Below the pieces are notes generated by a model. The model saw only the letters and a program-made list of their open reading frames with translations, had not been told where the DNA came from and made no database searches. A program made the translations under genes and the position numbers. 64,000 bases of DNA from an uncultured Candidatus Saccharibacteria bacterium (GTDB lineage Bacteria; Patescibacteriota; Saccharimonadia; Saccharimonadales; 2-12-FULL-41-12): positions 135,230 to 199,229 of the forward strand of contig CAZNIK010000002.1 of NCBI GenBank assembly GCA_964573095.1, given 5' to 3'. Below, one piece after another: positions 44,427-54,685 of this stretch. Within the stretch, counting starts at the first letter, position 1, and every line of letters starts with the position of its first letter.

Positions 44427-46100
44427 ATGCACAATAATCCCGTAGTTTTAGCAGTCTTTAGGAAACTGAGTAGGCCTGGTAGGGTGCTGCTTAGACCGGT
44501 CATTGAAGCTCATAGAAAATATCAGAAGATGAAATTAAGTTTGAGCTATCATCCTTGGGCATTCGAGAATGAAGAAGAGTGTTTTGTTAATAATAGACTA
44601 GAAGGCCCGGCCATAAGTGTTGTTGTTCCTGCTTATAACACTCCTACAGAGCATCTCCTCCCAATGGTTTATTCTGTAGTAAATCAGCACTATGAGAACT
44701 GGGAGCTTGTACTTGTTAATGGTTCAACGGAGCAAGCAAGCAGAGACAGGATTAATGCCTGCGCCAAAATAGATACGAGAATAAAGATCGTTGATTTTGG
44801 GGAAAATCTTGGTATTGCCGGCAATACCAACGCCGGCATAGAGAGCGCCTCCGGAGAGTATGTTGCATTTCTCGACCATGATGATCTTCTTCATCCGTGC
44901 GCACTTCACTGTATTGTTCAAGAAATATTAAAAAATAAAAGCGAGCTTATATATACAGACGAAGATAAAATTAACCACCAAGGAACACATTATTCAGAAC
45001 CTCATTTAAAGCCCATGTGGTCACCACAACTTTTTGAGAATGTTAATTACCTCAATCATTTAACAGTCGTAAAAACTGACTATGTGAAGGGAGTGAAGGG
45101 TCTGAGAAACAAACTTGATGGTGCACAAGATTACGACCTATTACTAAGAATAGTTGACAAATATTCACCAACTATTAGTCACATACCAAGAATTCTTTAT
45201 CACTGGAGAGCGGCTGATAGCTCAACTGCTAAAGATATTGCAAATAAGCAATATATATTTAAAGCCGGTGAACGTGCCCTTAACGACCATCACACGAGAA
45301 AGAAAATAAAAGCGAAAAGCCGAGTCATAGCCAACAAGCCTGGGTTTTATGAAACAATTTACATGAACCCCTCAAAGGTTTCGATTGTAGTTGGTCCTGT
45401 TGAGAAGGGCTATGAAAGACTATCTGCTTGGTGGTTAGGAGAGCTTTTAAAAAAAGAAGGCGACCTAACAAACGCAGAACTATTAATAGAGAGCTGGTAT
45501 AGACGGTTTGCAAAAGACGATATAAAAATAAAATATATTGATGAAAATAATTTTTGGCGGAACGTGATAGAAAAATCAGACGGTGAGGTAATTGTCTGTT
45601 TCCAGGAGGCAGCTTTGACAAGAAAATCGGGTGACATAAAGAAGCTAGCTTCAGTTGCAGAAAACATAAAAGGATCGTTTGTTGCCCCGATTATAGTTGG
45701 TAAAGATGGGACCATAATTGATGCTGGCTTAGTTAAATCGGAGTATGGGCTGCAGCCACTTTTCAAGGGCTGTAAATATAGTGATAGTACATTTTTTGGC
45801 TCAACAGACTGGGTAAGAAATGTTGATTCTTTGACCCTTGACATCTTTGCTACAAGAAAAGAAAATCTTTTAGCTTGTGGCGTTGATGGCATTCCAAAGA
45901 GAAGACTTATCACGAAAGACCTAGAAAAAGAAACTACGTGTATCAGCTGGGCGCATGTTGTCTGTGATTACAACGGGTTTTTGGCCAATCAAGTTGTGCA
46001 AGACACGTATTTTAACCACCAGCTTGCGAGTGCATCATATGAGGTAAGTATGAAAGTAACTTCTAAAGAAGGTTATCATGAACGGGATAATGGAGAATGA
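44427..46100 (+). CDS. glycosyltransferase family 2 with a large C-terminal extension
   Basis: ISVVVPAYNTPTEHL..., FLDHDD (DxD) and YHWR motifs. 557 aa. Confidence 0.7.
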   Translation: MHNNPVVLAVFRKLSRPGRVLLRPVIEAHRKYQKMKLSLSYHPWAFENEEECFVNNRLEGPAISVVVPAYNTPTEHLLPMVYSVVNQHYENWELVLVNGSTEQASRDRINACAKIDTRIKIVDFGENLGIAGNTNAGIESASGEYVAFLDHDDLLHPCALHCIVQEILKNKSELIYTDEDKINHQGTHYSEPHLKPMWSPQLFENVNYLNHLTVVKTDYVKGVKGLRNKLDGAQDYDLLLRIVDKYSPTISHIPRILYHWRAADSSTAKDIANKQYIFKAGERALNDHHTRKKIKAKSRVIANKPGFYETIYMNPSKVSIVVGPVEKGYERLSAWWLGELLKKEGDLTNAELLIESWYRRFAKDDIKIKYIDENNFWRNVIEKSDGEVIVCFQEAALTRKSGDIKKLASVAENIKGSFVAPIIVGKDGTIIDAGLVKSEYGLQPLFKGCKYSDSTFFGSTDWVRNVDSLTLDIFATRKENLLACGVDGIPKRRLITKDLEKETTCISWAHVVCDYNGFLANQVVQDTYFNHQLASASYEVSMKVTSKEGYHERDNGE

Positions 46101-47074
46101 GTAAAGTTGCCTATATTGTCATTGGATATAACAACAAGGATATTCTTGCAGAGTGTTTTGACTCCATATATGCTCAAACCCATAAAGAACGTACAGTAAT
46201 TTTTGTTGATAACTTGTCTAGCGATGGCTCTTCCGAGTTTGTTAGAAAGTACTATCCATCCGTTGAGATTATTGAACCTGGACAAAACACTGGTTTTGCC
46301 AAGGGCAACAATATAGGCATCGCATGTGCCCTCAAGGACGTAAGTGTAGGTCATATTGCTCTAATAAACTCAGATGCAAGACTTGATGAAAACTGGACGG
46401 AAAAAATAATAAAGTTTTCTGCCTTAAAGCCCAGGGGAGCATTGTTTCAAGGCACAACATTTGATTATTACGACAACGAGGTGATTGATTCCACGCACAT
46501 CTTTGTTTCACAAAATGGGCAAGGCACGCAAGGAAATTGGCGTCATTATTATGAAGCCGAGATCGGTCCCAAAAAGGTCTTTGGTGTTAATGCGGCAGCC
46601 TGTATGATATCGAGGAGCTTCATTGAAGAGCAGCCTTTTGGCGCAAAGCTTTTTGATGAAACCATGTTCATGTACTTAGAGGACATTGACACAGCAGCTC
46701 GGGCTACAATTATGGGATGGGACAACTATCTTGTACCAAAAGCCAGAGCTCTTCATATGGGGTCTGTCTCTTCTGGCAAGAACCCAGGCTTTTCTCTTTA
46801 CATGACGTTTCGTAACAATAGCGGCATGCTTTTTAAAAATTTCCCACTGACGCTTTTGTTTCGTATGCTCCCTAAAATTATCCGAGGAGACATAGACACG
46901 GTACGCGCACTAAGGCGTATGGGTAAGAAAGACTCTAGCAATAAGGTAATAAAGGGAAGATTGATTGGCATCCTTAGGTTGCCATTATTCTTGCCGAAAA
47001 GACTAAAGCTCAGAAAGTATCGTCGAGTAGTCAATAAGGACTACGTATGGCAACTGATGAGAAAGGGCTACTAG
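46097..47074 (+). CDS. glycosyltransferase family 2
   Basis: VAYIVIGYNNKDIL...VIFVDNLSSDGS, with NSDA and YLEDID motifs. Confidence 0.7.
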   Translation: MSKVAYIVIGYNNKDILAECFDSIYAQTHKERTVIFVDNLSSDGSSEFVRKYYPSVEIIEPGQNTGFAKGNNIGIACALKDVSVGHIALINSDARLDENWTEKIIKFSALKPRGALFQGTTFDYYDNEVIDSTHIFVSQNGQGTQGNWRHYYEAEIGPKKVFGVNAAACMISRSFIEEQPFGAKLFDETMFMYLEDIDTAARATIMGWDNYLVPKARALHMGSVSSGKNPGFSLYMTFRNNSGMLFKNFPLTLLFRMLPKIIRGDIDTVRALRRMGKKDSSNKVIKGRLIGILRLPLFLPKRLKLRKYRRVVNKDYVWQLMRKGY

Positions 47075-48798
47075 TTGCCCAGCGCAGGTAAGTTCGTAGC
47101 AATATTACTCATCCACGTTTGATACCCAGGATTCCAAGTATGAATCTCAATCCTGCCACTGCCAGTTGTTCTATAAATTGCGAATATCATCTCATCTCGC
47201 CCATCGGCGTTAGTATCTGCAGACAAGACCTCTCCATTTGCAGGATCAAGCATAGGGTGATTAGTCGCAACATTGGTTAACCAATGTTGATACCCAGGAT
47301 TCCAAGTATGAATCTCAATCCTGCCACTGCCAGTGTTTACATACTTCACAAACGATAGGCGATCACGCCCTTCAGTATATACATCGGCGCCGATTACTTT
47401 ACCATTATCTGCTTCTGTTGAAGGCATGCTCGTAGCAATATTACTCATCCACGTTTGATACCCAGGATTCCAAGTATGAATCTCAATCCTGCCACTGCCA
47501 GTGTTTCTGTATTTAACAAAGATCAGCTCATCCCGATAGTCTCCTATAACATTTGCAGCGATGACTCTTCCTTCTGAAGGATCAATTGCCGGATAGTTCG
47601 TAGCAATATTACTCATCCACGTTTGATACCCAGGATTCCAAGTATGAATCTCAATCCTGCCACTGCCAGTGTTTCTGTATTTAACAAAGATCAGCTGGTC
47701 GCTTCGTGCGCCTACAATATTGCCGGATATAATTTCGCCATCCGCAGGATCAATTGCTGGTAGATTGGTCGCAACATTGGTTAACCAACTTTGATATCCA
47801 GGATTCCAGGTGTGAGCTTCTATACATTTCGAGCCGGTATTATTTAAAATAGAGAGGCTTAATCTATCAGGCTCACCAGGTGCGTACCAGTTTGCTATTA
47901 CTTTGCCACCCGAACCAACACTTGAGACATTCGTACTATTTTTGCAAGAATAGTCAACTGGGCCAAACGTGCTACCAAACCAGTCATTGAACATTCTCCA
48001 AAAATTGCGATTTCCGTACGCTCCGCACCCGTCTCCCGTTCCATACAAATTTGCTAGGGCAGAAGGGTTTGGTTGGTAGGGCGTGTAGTTGTAAAGGCTA
48101 GCAGTTGCCTGGTTCTGGATATAAACTGTTGAACCGCCACAGCCTGCATTTGGGTTGTACTGTATATAATTATTAAACCCAGCTCTGTAGCTGAAGAGGC
48201 TAGAATCTCTGGCGTATCTCTTAAACTGGCGAGCAGCATTATAAACTTGATTGAAGAATCCATAATATGCAGAGTCACAAGCAGCAGTGTCTGGGCATCC
48301 GTAACCAGTTGCGCTTCTGTATTGTATTGGCCAGGGCCAATCATCTGTAATAAGGGATTGTTCTTTCTGCAAGAGTACTATAAGCACTTGTGGATTAATG
48401 CCACAACTAACACTTACCCAGTAAATTATTTCTGCAGCTGTTCCGCTGCCTGCAGGTAACCCATTACATAGGCCCAGTTCGGCTGACTTAGCTTGAACCG
48501 TATCTCTTGAGTCTTTAAGGCAAGTAAATGGAGTTGAGACCCCCCGACTTGCCGCATACGCTGCACGGGTTGTTCCAGCATATGGTTGCGTGCCCCAAGT
48601 ATCACATACGGGGACCTTAGCATTGAGAAAATTCTGTATGTCGTTAATCCCCATATTTGGAGCACTAAAAAACTTGCTGTCATCAATAATTCTTCCAGCT
48701 TGAAACTCACCACCACTTAGAGCGAATGTTCTGACTGAAAAAAGCGGCGCAATAGTTAAAATACCGAGTAAGAGGTAGGTAAAAAGACGTTTAGTCAT
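47071..48798 (-). CDS. secreted protein: N-terminal Cys-containing domain plus five 56-aa FG-GAP/VCBS-like repeats
   Basis: Signal peptide MTKRLFTYLLLGILTIAPLFSVRTFA. The N-domain contains GINPQVLIVLLQKEQSLITD. The repeats read GSGRIEIHTWNPGYQ.W..N.AT..P..DP..G..., some with Asp-rich loops such as ADTNADGRDE. Confidence 0.6.
   Translation of the reverse strand: MTKRLFTYLLLGILTIAPLFSVRTFALSGGEFQAGRIIDDSKFFSAPNMGINDIQNFLNAKVPVCDTWGTQPYAGTTRAAYAASRGVSTPFTCLKDSRDTVQAKSAELGLCNGLPAGSGTAAEIIYWVSVSCGINPQVLIVLLQKEQSLITDDWPWPIQYRSATGYGCPDTAACDSAYYGFFNQVYNAARQFKRYARDSSLFSYRAGFNNYIQYNPNAGCGGSTVYIQNQATASLYNYTPYQPNPSALANLYGTGDGCGAYGNRNFWRMFNDWFGSTFGPVDYSCKNSTNVSSVGSGGKVIANWYAPGEPDRLSLSILNNTGSKCIEAHTWNPGYQSWLTNVATNLPAIDPADGEIISGNIVGARSDQLIFVKYRNTGSGRIEIHTWNPGYQTWMSNIATNYPAIDPSEGRVIAANVIGDYRDELIFVKYRNTGSGRIEIHTWNPGYQTWMSNIATSMPSTEADNGKVIGADVYTEGRDRLSFVKYVNTGSGRIEIHTWNPGYQHWLTNVATNHPMLDPANGEVLSADTNADGRDEMIFAIYRTTGSGRIEIHTWNPGYQTWMSNIATNLPALGN
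47074..47915 (-). repeat. intragenic tandem repeat, 5 x 168 bp
   Basis: The anchor gatacccagg (gatatccagg in the last unit) occurs at 47121, 47289, 47457, 47625 and 47793, exactly 168 bp apart. A 72-nt core is identical in three units, and 98 nt are identical in two. Confidence 0.9.
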
Positions 48799-48802
48799 GC
48801 TA

Positions 48803-49369
48803 CTATTTTATTTCCAAACTTATTGATTGTGATGAGCTTCCATATGCGGAACTTGATGAATAGCCAAGAGATACCAACCAGTTGCCAGGAGATAATTCGC
48901 TACGCGATACAATGATTACTCCGCAAGATACGATTTGTGCATCTTTGCTAGCCTTACTTGTTTTTGTGATCTTCTGTCCGGATTTTTCCAGTGTAAGGGT
49001 ACAATTGCCACCATCTTCGTAGACTCCAGAAACAAAACCCGATATTTCTGCAGATTGCGTTTGTGGGTTTTGCCCCCAAGAACTTATAACAGGAGTGATG
49101 TTCTTTTTTTGGCCCTGTGTGTTCTGGGATGGAGCAGACGCAGAAGAGGATACTTGCTTGTCCTTGAATGCTTCTGTTTCTTTTTTCTCTTGCTCGGTTG
49201 GAGGTCCATAGTTGATTGCTCCAGTAGGGACAGAAGCCTTATCCTTGTTAGGAACTAAAGGTAAGTTGATGAGGCCAGTTCTGTCCATAATAATAGCTGA
49301 TAAAGCCCCAATAATTATAAGAGAGGAAAGGACAATTTTTTTACTAGCTAACACTTTAGGCGTATGCAT
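48803..49369 (-). CDS. hypothetical signal-anchored exported protein
   Basis: ATG 49369 (MHTPKVLASKKIVLSSLIIIGALSAIIM...) is preferred over the ORF-track start 49402. A Ser/Gln-rich linker is followed by a small Cys-containing C-terminal domain. Confidence 0.45.
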   Translation of the reverse strand: MHTPKVLASKKIVLSSLIIIGALSAIIMDRTGLINLPLVPNKDKASVPTGAINYGPPTEQEKKETEAFKDKQVSSSASAPSQNTQGQKKNITPVISSWGQNPQTQSAEISGFVSGVYEDGGNCTLTLEKSGQKITKTSKASKDAQIVSCGVIIVSRSELSPGNWLVSLGYSSSSAYGSSSQSISLEIK

Positions 49370-49442
49370 TTTTATTTTGAATTCCCAACAGAATTTTAAC
49401 ATAGTTGCTTATGTTTTTCAAGTCGCTGACACAAAAGTTAAA

Positions 49443-51413
49443 TTAACGAGATATTTTATATATGAAGAATTGTTTGGCAGGAAAATTAACCTGGTCGATT
49501 TGTGTTGTGCAAGGATAGATCAATGCGTGAGTAGCTACCACGTATTGGACATTTCTTTGTACGAAATCGTCACATGCAAACTTGATTTGAAAACTATCAA
49601 ACTGTATTAACCTTATGGGGTCTGAAAACCCTGGATCACTATTAAATATAGTATGTGCATAACGATTATAAATTGTGTCGTATTGTGTGCCACCAATTTG
49701 ACGCCATAGTCCCAAGTCGGGGTAGATCTGAATACCTGTGAGAGAGTCTTCGCCACTAACCAATGCGAGATTCTCAAACTGGATGTCGTCGACCACAGCC
49801 CACGAACCCATATTATTAGATGAGGCCTCAATCTTCTTAGTGAGTGAGCTATTATAGATTGGGCCGAGACCTTTATAAAGTGGGTGGATGAGCGCAACAG
49901 ATACTAAAGATAGTGTCGAAAACACCACTGCTGCTAGTAGTGTTTTCTTTCTAAGCAGAAGATATACAATAGAAGTCATTACAAGAGACAAAAAGACAAT
50001 TGCTACTGTACTGGAAATATACTTTGGGTAAGTGTGTTTTAGGTATCTGCCAGCATAAATTAGAACAAGAAAAACAAGCGTACTGTATATAGTGATTAGA
50101 CCTTCCACCTTTTTTGATATCGGAAAACTATGAACAAATTTTGCTGTGTAAATAAGCTGAATAAAACCAACAAAACCTAAACCAATAAAGAGTCTTTCGT
50201 GGGGAATGCTTGCTAGACCAATGAGTCTATATAGGGGGTCAAAATAGGGGATGGTCATTCTCGCCAAAAATATTACAGCGATAATATGAAGAGCAAGGTA
50301 AACGAAGCTAATACATCTTTGTTTCCATTGCCTCCAAAGTATTATGACTCCCGGTAACAACAGGAACGGTATAAGAAGTATAAAATTCGAGGCTTCACTT
50401 TGATTGGTAAAGTAGTTGACTGCTCTCTCTTTACGCTGCAATTGAACTTGAAACTCAGTAGAAAGTAGTTGAAATGGTTTTATGCCACCACTTTTGACAA
50501 GTCTTTTTCCGGGGTAAACAGTATCTTGGATGCTTGATACGGCATCGTGTCGTGTGAACAGGAATATTCCCACCAGAATACTGGATATAACAAGTGGTAT
50601 TGCAAGGAGTCCCGCACTTTTTAGGAGGGCCTTTTTATCCTTTGAATGGTTTTGCAACAGATAACCGGCAAAAAAGGCTAATACCACAAGTGCGACCGGT
50701 ATTTGAAAAGGGGGATACAAAATAAGAGCGAAACACACTAAAACATATGTAAGTAAGCTCAAGTGCACTATGTTTGATGCCTGTTTTGATAAACTGCCAA
50801 TACGCTCTCTATTGATAATGCGGACGCCAAGCAACAGCATAAAGAACCCATAGAATAATGGGGCTATTGTGGCCGTCTGATACCACCAGAACACAAAGGG
50901 AGACAATGCAAAGCCAGAAGCAAAAAGCGCTGAAAGGAAATATTGTTTAGGGAATAAGCGCAACACAAAGAAGTATGAACTAACAATGAGGAGGTATAGC
51001 AAAAGCCACCATTTAAACGCAAAGGCATTTTCTAGGGGCATTATGAAATATGCGAGATTCTGCGGCTTAAATATTGTTGACCATTCTTTGTAAGGTACAT
51101 CAGTAATGAGAGACATGTCTCTTCCTGAGTTAATGTTTTGATTAACTTTAGGAAATCCTTCTTTTGACTGTGCTATTGTCATTTGAGTAACAAAAAGCCA
51201 TTCATCAGAACGTATCGGTCTAGGTTCTCCAAGCACTAGGGAAGGGTTCTTTTGCTCGGGGCCGTACAGTAGCTGATGATAGATCCCGACTGAAGTTCCG
51301 CTTATTTTAGTGATGGTAAAGAAAACCAAAGGGATAAGTAATAGTAAGGGGAACACCCAGGCCGTTGTGATGCGTGTGATAAGTTTTGACTCTGATTTTT
51401 TAGGCATGATCAA
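49443..51413 (-). CDS. large polytopic membrane protein, putative GT-C-type glycosyltransferase
   Basis: 656 aa with at least 12 hydrophobic segments followed by a ~170-aa soluble C-terminal domain. The assignment rests on architecture only, with no motif-level identification. Confidence 0.45.
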   Translation of the reverse strand: MIMPKKSESKLITRITTAWVFPLLLLIPLVFFTITKISGTSVGIYHQLLYGPEQKNPSLVLGEPRPIRSDEWLFVTQMTIAQSKEGFPKVNQNINSGRDMSLITDVPYKEWSTIFKPQNLAYFIMPLENAFAFKWWLLLYLLIVSSYFFVLRLFPKQYFLSALFASGFALSPFVFWWYQTATIAPLFYGFFMLLLGVRIINRERIGSLSKQASNIVHLSLLTYVLVCFALILYPPFQIPVALVVLAFFAGYLLQNHSKDKKALLKSAGLLAIPLVISSILVGIFLFTRHDAVSSIQDTVYPGKRLVKSGGIKPFQLLSTEFQVQLQRKERAVNYFTNQSEASNFILLIPFLLLPGVIILWRQWKQRCISFVYLALHIIAVIFLARMTIPYFDPLYRLIGLASIPHERLFIGLGFVGFIQLIYTAKFVHSFPISKKVEGLITIYSTLVFLVLIYAGRYLKHTYPKYISSTVAIVFLSLVMTSIVYLLLRKKTLLAAVVFSTLSLVSVALIHPLYKGLGPIYNSSLTKKIEASSNNMGSWAVVDDIQFENLALVSGEDSLTGIQIYPDLGLWRQIGGTQYDTIYNRYAHTIFNSDPGFSDPIRLIQFDSFQIKFACDDFVQRNVQYVVATHALIYPCTTQIDQVNFPAKQFFIYKISR

Positions 51414-51504
51414 CTAATTTTAACAGATATATTGGTGCATACCTGTAAGTCTGTATCATAGATAGAGTATAGTAGTTACAATAGGTATAAAAGGCGAGGA
51501 ATTA

Positions 51505-52608
51505 ATGATATACATTGCAAAGCCAGAAATTGGTGATGAGGAAATACATGCAGTAAATCAAGTCCTAAAGTCGGGCATGCTTTCCCAAGGACCAAAAGTG
51601 GCAGAGCTTGAAAAGGATTGGGCCGAATATTGCGGGACTAAACATGCGCTTGCGGTGAATAGTGGTACGGCAGCGATACACGCAGCCCTTTTTGCTACAG
51701 GAATTCAGACAGGTGATGAAGTTATAACTACACCATTTAGCTTTATTGCGACAATTAACCCCATAATCATGCTCGGTGCAAAGCCAGTGCTTGTTGATAT
51801 AGATCGGGAGACATTTAACATAGATTCAACAAAAATCGAGGCAGCTATCACTAGCAGAACTAAGGCGATCATGCCTGTTCATTTATACGGTCAGCCTGCT
51901 GATATGACCAAGATACAAGATATAGCCAACAGGAACAACTTAACGATAATTGAAGATTCTTGCCAAGCAATTGGGGCTGAGTATAAAGGTAAAAAAGCTG
52001 GGAATCTCGGCTCTCTTGGGTGCTTTTCTTTGTATGCCACAAAAAATATTATGTGTGGTGAAGGTGGCATTGTGACTACTAATGATGATGAGCACGCAAA
52101 GCTGATTAGACAGTTTAGACAGCACGGAATGAGCGGTAGCTATCAGTATGAGCATCTTGGCTACAACTATCGGTTAACCGATCTGCAAGCTGCAATTGCG
52201 GTTGAACAACTAAAAAAGGTAGATAAATTTACGAAAGCCCGTCAAGATAACGCAGAGTTCTTTGATGAACACCTTAAAAACGTATCAAGCATTGTCACAC
52301 CAAATCCAACATCCGATAGAACGCATGTCTATCATCAGTACACCTTAGTAATTAGTGACAAATGTAGGTTTTCTAGAGATGAAATAGTCAAAAAACTTAA
52401 GGAGCAAGGTATCGTTGCGGGAGTTTATTATCCTCAGCCTCTTCATCACATAGAGCACATTGCAAAAATAACTGGTAGGCATCCTGGAGACTTTCCTATT
52501 ACAGAGGAATTAACAAAAAAGGTATTGTCCTTGCCAGTACACCCTATGCTTACACCAGAAGATCGCGAAACCATTGTTGGCGCTATTAAGGAGGCTACGG
52601 GTGAGTAG
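51505..52608 (+). CDS. DegT/DnrJ/EryC1/StrS-family sugar aminotransferase (PLP)
   Basis: Diagnostic segments are IGDEEIHAVNQVLKSGMLSQGPKV, SGTAAIHAAL and FSLYATKNIMCGEGG (PLP Lys). Confidence 0.85.
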   Translation: MIYIAKPEIGDEEIHAVNQVLKSGMLSQGPKVAELEKDWAEYCGTKHALAVNSGTAAIHAALFATGIQTGDEVITTPFSFIATINPIIMLGAKPVLVDIDRETFNIDSTKIEAAITSRTKAIMPVHLYGQPADMTKIQDIANRNNLTIIEDSCQAIGAEYKGKKAGNLGSLGCFSLYATKNIMCGEGGIVTTNDDEHAKLIRQFRQHGMSGSYQYEHLGYNYRLTDLQAAIAVEQLKKVDKFTKARQDNAEFFDEHLKNVSSIVTPNPTSDRTHVYHQYTLVISDKCRFSRDEIVKKLKEQGIVAGVYYPQPLHHIEHIAKITGRHPGDFPITEELTKKVLSLPVHPMLTPEDRETIVGAIKEATGE

Positions 52609-53602
52609 TAGTTTGCCCCTCCGGGTTGCAGTTGTAGGAGCAGGGAACATGGGGGGCCATCATGTGCGCAACTACTCTGTTTTGCTCGAAGCAGAACTTG
52701 TTGCACTCGCAGATGTAGATATAAGTAACAAAAAATTAGCAGATGATCACGGCGCAAAATTCTACACAGATTACAAAAAAATGTTGGATGAAGAAAAGCT
52801 TGATGCAGTTTCAATTGTTGTGCCCACGCCCATTCATTATGAAGTTGCCTCATATGCAATGGAGCGAGGAGTACATTGTCTTGTTGAGAAGCCTATAGCA
52901 TATTCACTGGACGAGGCAGAGAAGCTAATTAAGTTAGCAGATAGCAAGAAAGTAGTATTCACAGTGGGGCATATTGAGAGGTATAACCCGATAATTCGTG
53001 CTATCAAAAAAATAGTTGATGAAAATAAACTGGGACAGATTACCTCAATCGTTTGTCAGCGCGTAGGTGGGTTCCCAAAAATTGAGCCAAAGACAGACGT
53101 TATTATTGATCTGGCAGTCCACGATATTGATATATTGAACTACCTTGTTGGAAGCTACCCTACAAATCTATATAGTCATGGTTCAAGAACACATCATTCA
53201 CAGAAATTAGACTCAGCAGAAATACTGCTAGACTATGGCAAGATCTCTGGATTTGTGCGCGCAAACTGGCTAACTCCTGTAAAAATACGAACAATTTCTA
53301 TAACAGGATCAAAAGGTTATCTTGAAGGAAATTATATAACTCAAGAACTTGTTTATTATGAGCATAATATGAAGAAGGTAAAAGATGCTCAATTTAGTAC
53401 ATTCGTTATTACTATGGGAGATCCGAAAAAGCATGTTATACCAGTTGATTTTGAAGAGCCGCTAGCCGTGGAATTAAAAGCCTTTTTGCACACAGTGGCA
53501 GGCAATGAGTATGAGGAATTGGTAGATCCAAGGGATGCTAAAGAGGCGCTAAGGCTATCGCTCATTGCTGTAAAAGAAAATAAAGGAGAAGAAAAGCTAT
53601 GA
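52601..53602 (+). CDS. Gfo/Idh/MocA-family sugar oxidoreductase
   Basis: GTG 52601 lies 6 nt after SD AAGGAGG; the ORF-track TTG 52574 is less likely. The Rossmann N-terminus is LRVAVVGAGNMGGHH, and EKP is present. Confidence 0.75.
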   Translation: MSSSLPLRVAVVGAGNMGGHHVRNYSVLLEAELVALADVDISNKKLADDHGAKFYTDYKKMLDEEKLDAVSIVVPTPIHYEVASYAMERGVHCLVEKPIAYSLDEAEKLIKLADSKKVVFTVGHIERYNPIIRAIKKIVDENKLGQITSIVCQRVGGFPKIEPKTDVIIDLAVHDIDILNYLVGSYPTNLYSHGSRTHHSQKLDSAEILLDYGKISGFVRANWLTPVKIRTISITGSKGYLEGNYITQELVYYEHNMKKVKDAQFSTFVITMGDPKKHVIPVDFEEPLAVELKAFLHTVAGNEYEELVDPRDAKEALRLSLIAVKENKGEEKL

Positions 53603-54678
53603 AAAGGATTTTGGTTACTGGTGCTGGTGGTTCTCCAGCTGTAAACTTTACACGTTCGCTGCGACAGGCAAAAGAAGACTACTATCTCGTAGGTACAGAT
53701 GCCGACAAATACTACCTACTGAGGGCTGAAGTGGATGCTCGATATTTAGCACCGCCGGCCAAGGATCCAAAGTACATTAGTTTCTTAAACCACATAATCG
53801 AAAAAGAAAAAATTGATTTTGTGCACGCCCAAAACGATGTTGAAGTTTCGGTGCTCAGTAAGAATCGTGAAAGGATTAATGCTAAAACATTTTTCCCGAC
53901 CATGGAAACAGTAGAGATACTTCAAGATAAATATGAGTCATTTAAAGTCTGGGAGAATGCGGGCATTAAGGTGCCCAAGACTGTACTTATCGACAGAAAA
54001 TCTAATTTAAAGGAACTGCTTCATGATTTTGGTGGCTCTATGTGGATCAGAGCCATTAGTGGAGCAGGTGGTCGAGGCTCTTTGCCTGTTCATGACATTG
54101 AAGCTGCAAAGAACTGGCTTGATTTTAATGAAAAAAATGGTGCCTGGGATGGTAATTTTACGGCATCTGAGCTGTTGGAGCCAGAGACTGTAACATGGAT
54201 GTCAATATGGGATAAGGGAAAGCTTGTTGTTGCGCAAGGGCGAAAGCGACTATATTGGGAGTTATCAAAAATCTCACCTTCTGGCGTCACTGGAGCCACA
54301 GGAACAGGATTGACTTACTCAGATCCTAAGCTTGACCAAATAGCCGAAAAAGCTGTACTTTCAATTGATGCTAAGCCGAGTGGTTTATTCGGCGTGGATA
54401 TGGCCTACGATAAACAAGGGATACCAAATCCCACAGAAATCAACATTGGCAGATTCTTTACGACGCATCAATTCTTCACAAACGCGGGCCTTAACATGCC
54501 CCAGATATTTGTTAGTCTTGCCCTAGGAGAACCCATTGTTGAAATTAAAAATAGGAAAAATCCACTGCCCGACGGAAAAGTATGGATTCGAGGAATGGAC
54601 TTTGAACCAGTTCTCTCGGACGTTCAAGAGGTGCAAGAGTCAGTTGACCGGATGAATGAAATACTAGGGAAAATTTGA
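53599..54678 (+). CDS. ATP-grasp domain protein
   Basis: MKRILVTGAGGSPAVNFTRSL is followed by a central ATP-grasp-like region (WIRAISGAGGRGS). Length and layout resemble carbamoyl-phosphate-synthase-like ligases. Confidence 0.55.
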   Translation: MKRILVTGAGGSPAVNFTRSLRQAKEDYYLVGTDADKYYLLRAEVDARYLAPPAKDPKYISFLNHIIEKEKIDFVHAQNDVEVSVLSKNRERINAKTFFPTMETVEILQDKYESFKVWENAGIKVPKTVLIDRKSNLKELLHDFGGSMWIRAISGAGGRGSLPVHDIEAAKNWLDFNEKNGAWDGNFTASELLEPETVTWMSIWDKGKLVVAQGRKRLYWELSKISPSGVTGATGTGLTYSDPKLDQIAEKAVLSIDAKPSGLFGVDMAYDKQGIPNPTEINIGRFFTTHQFFTNAGLNMPQIFVSLALGEPIVEIKNRKNPLPDGKVWIRGMDFEPVLSDVQEVQESVDRMNEILGKI

Positions 54679-54685
54679 ACGGAAA

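Noticed and set aside
47074-47915. Regularly spaced repeats as a possible CRISPR array
   Set aside because: The period is 168 bp and the repeats lie in frame inside a 575-aa ORF, encoding 56-aa protein repeats. There is no short repeat/spacer structure and there are no cas genes in the window.
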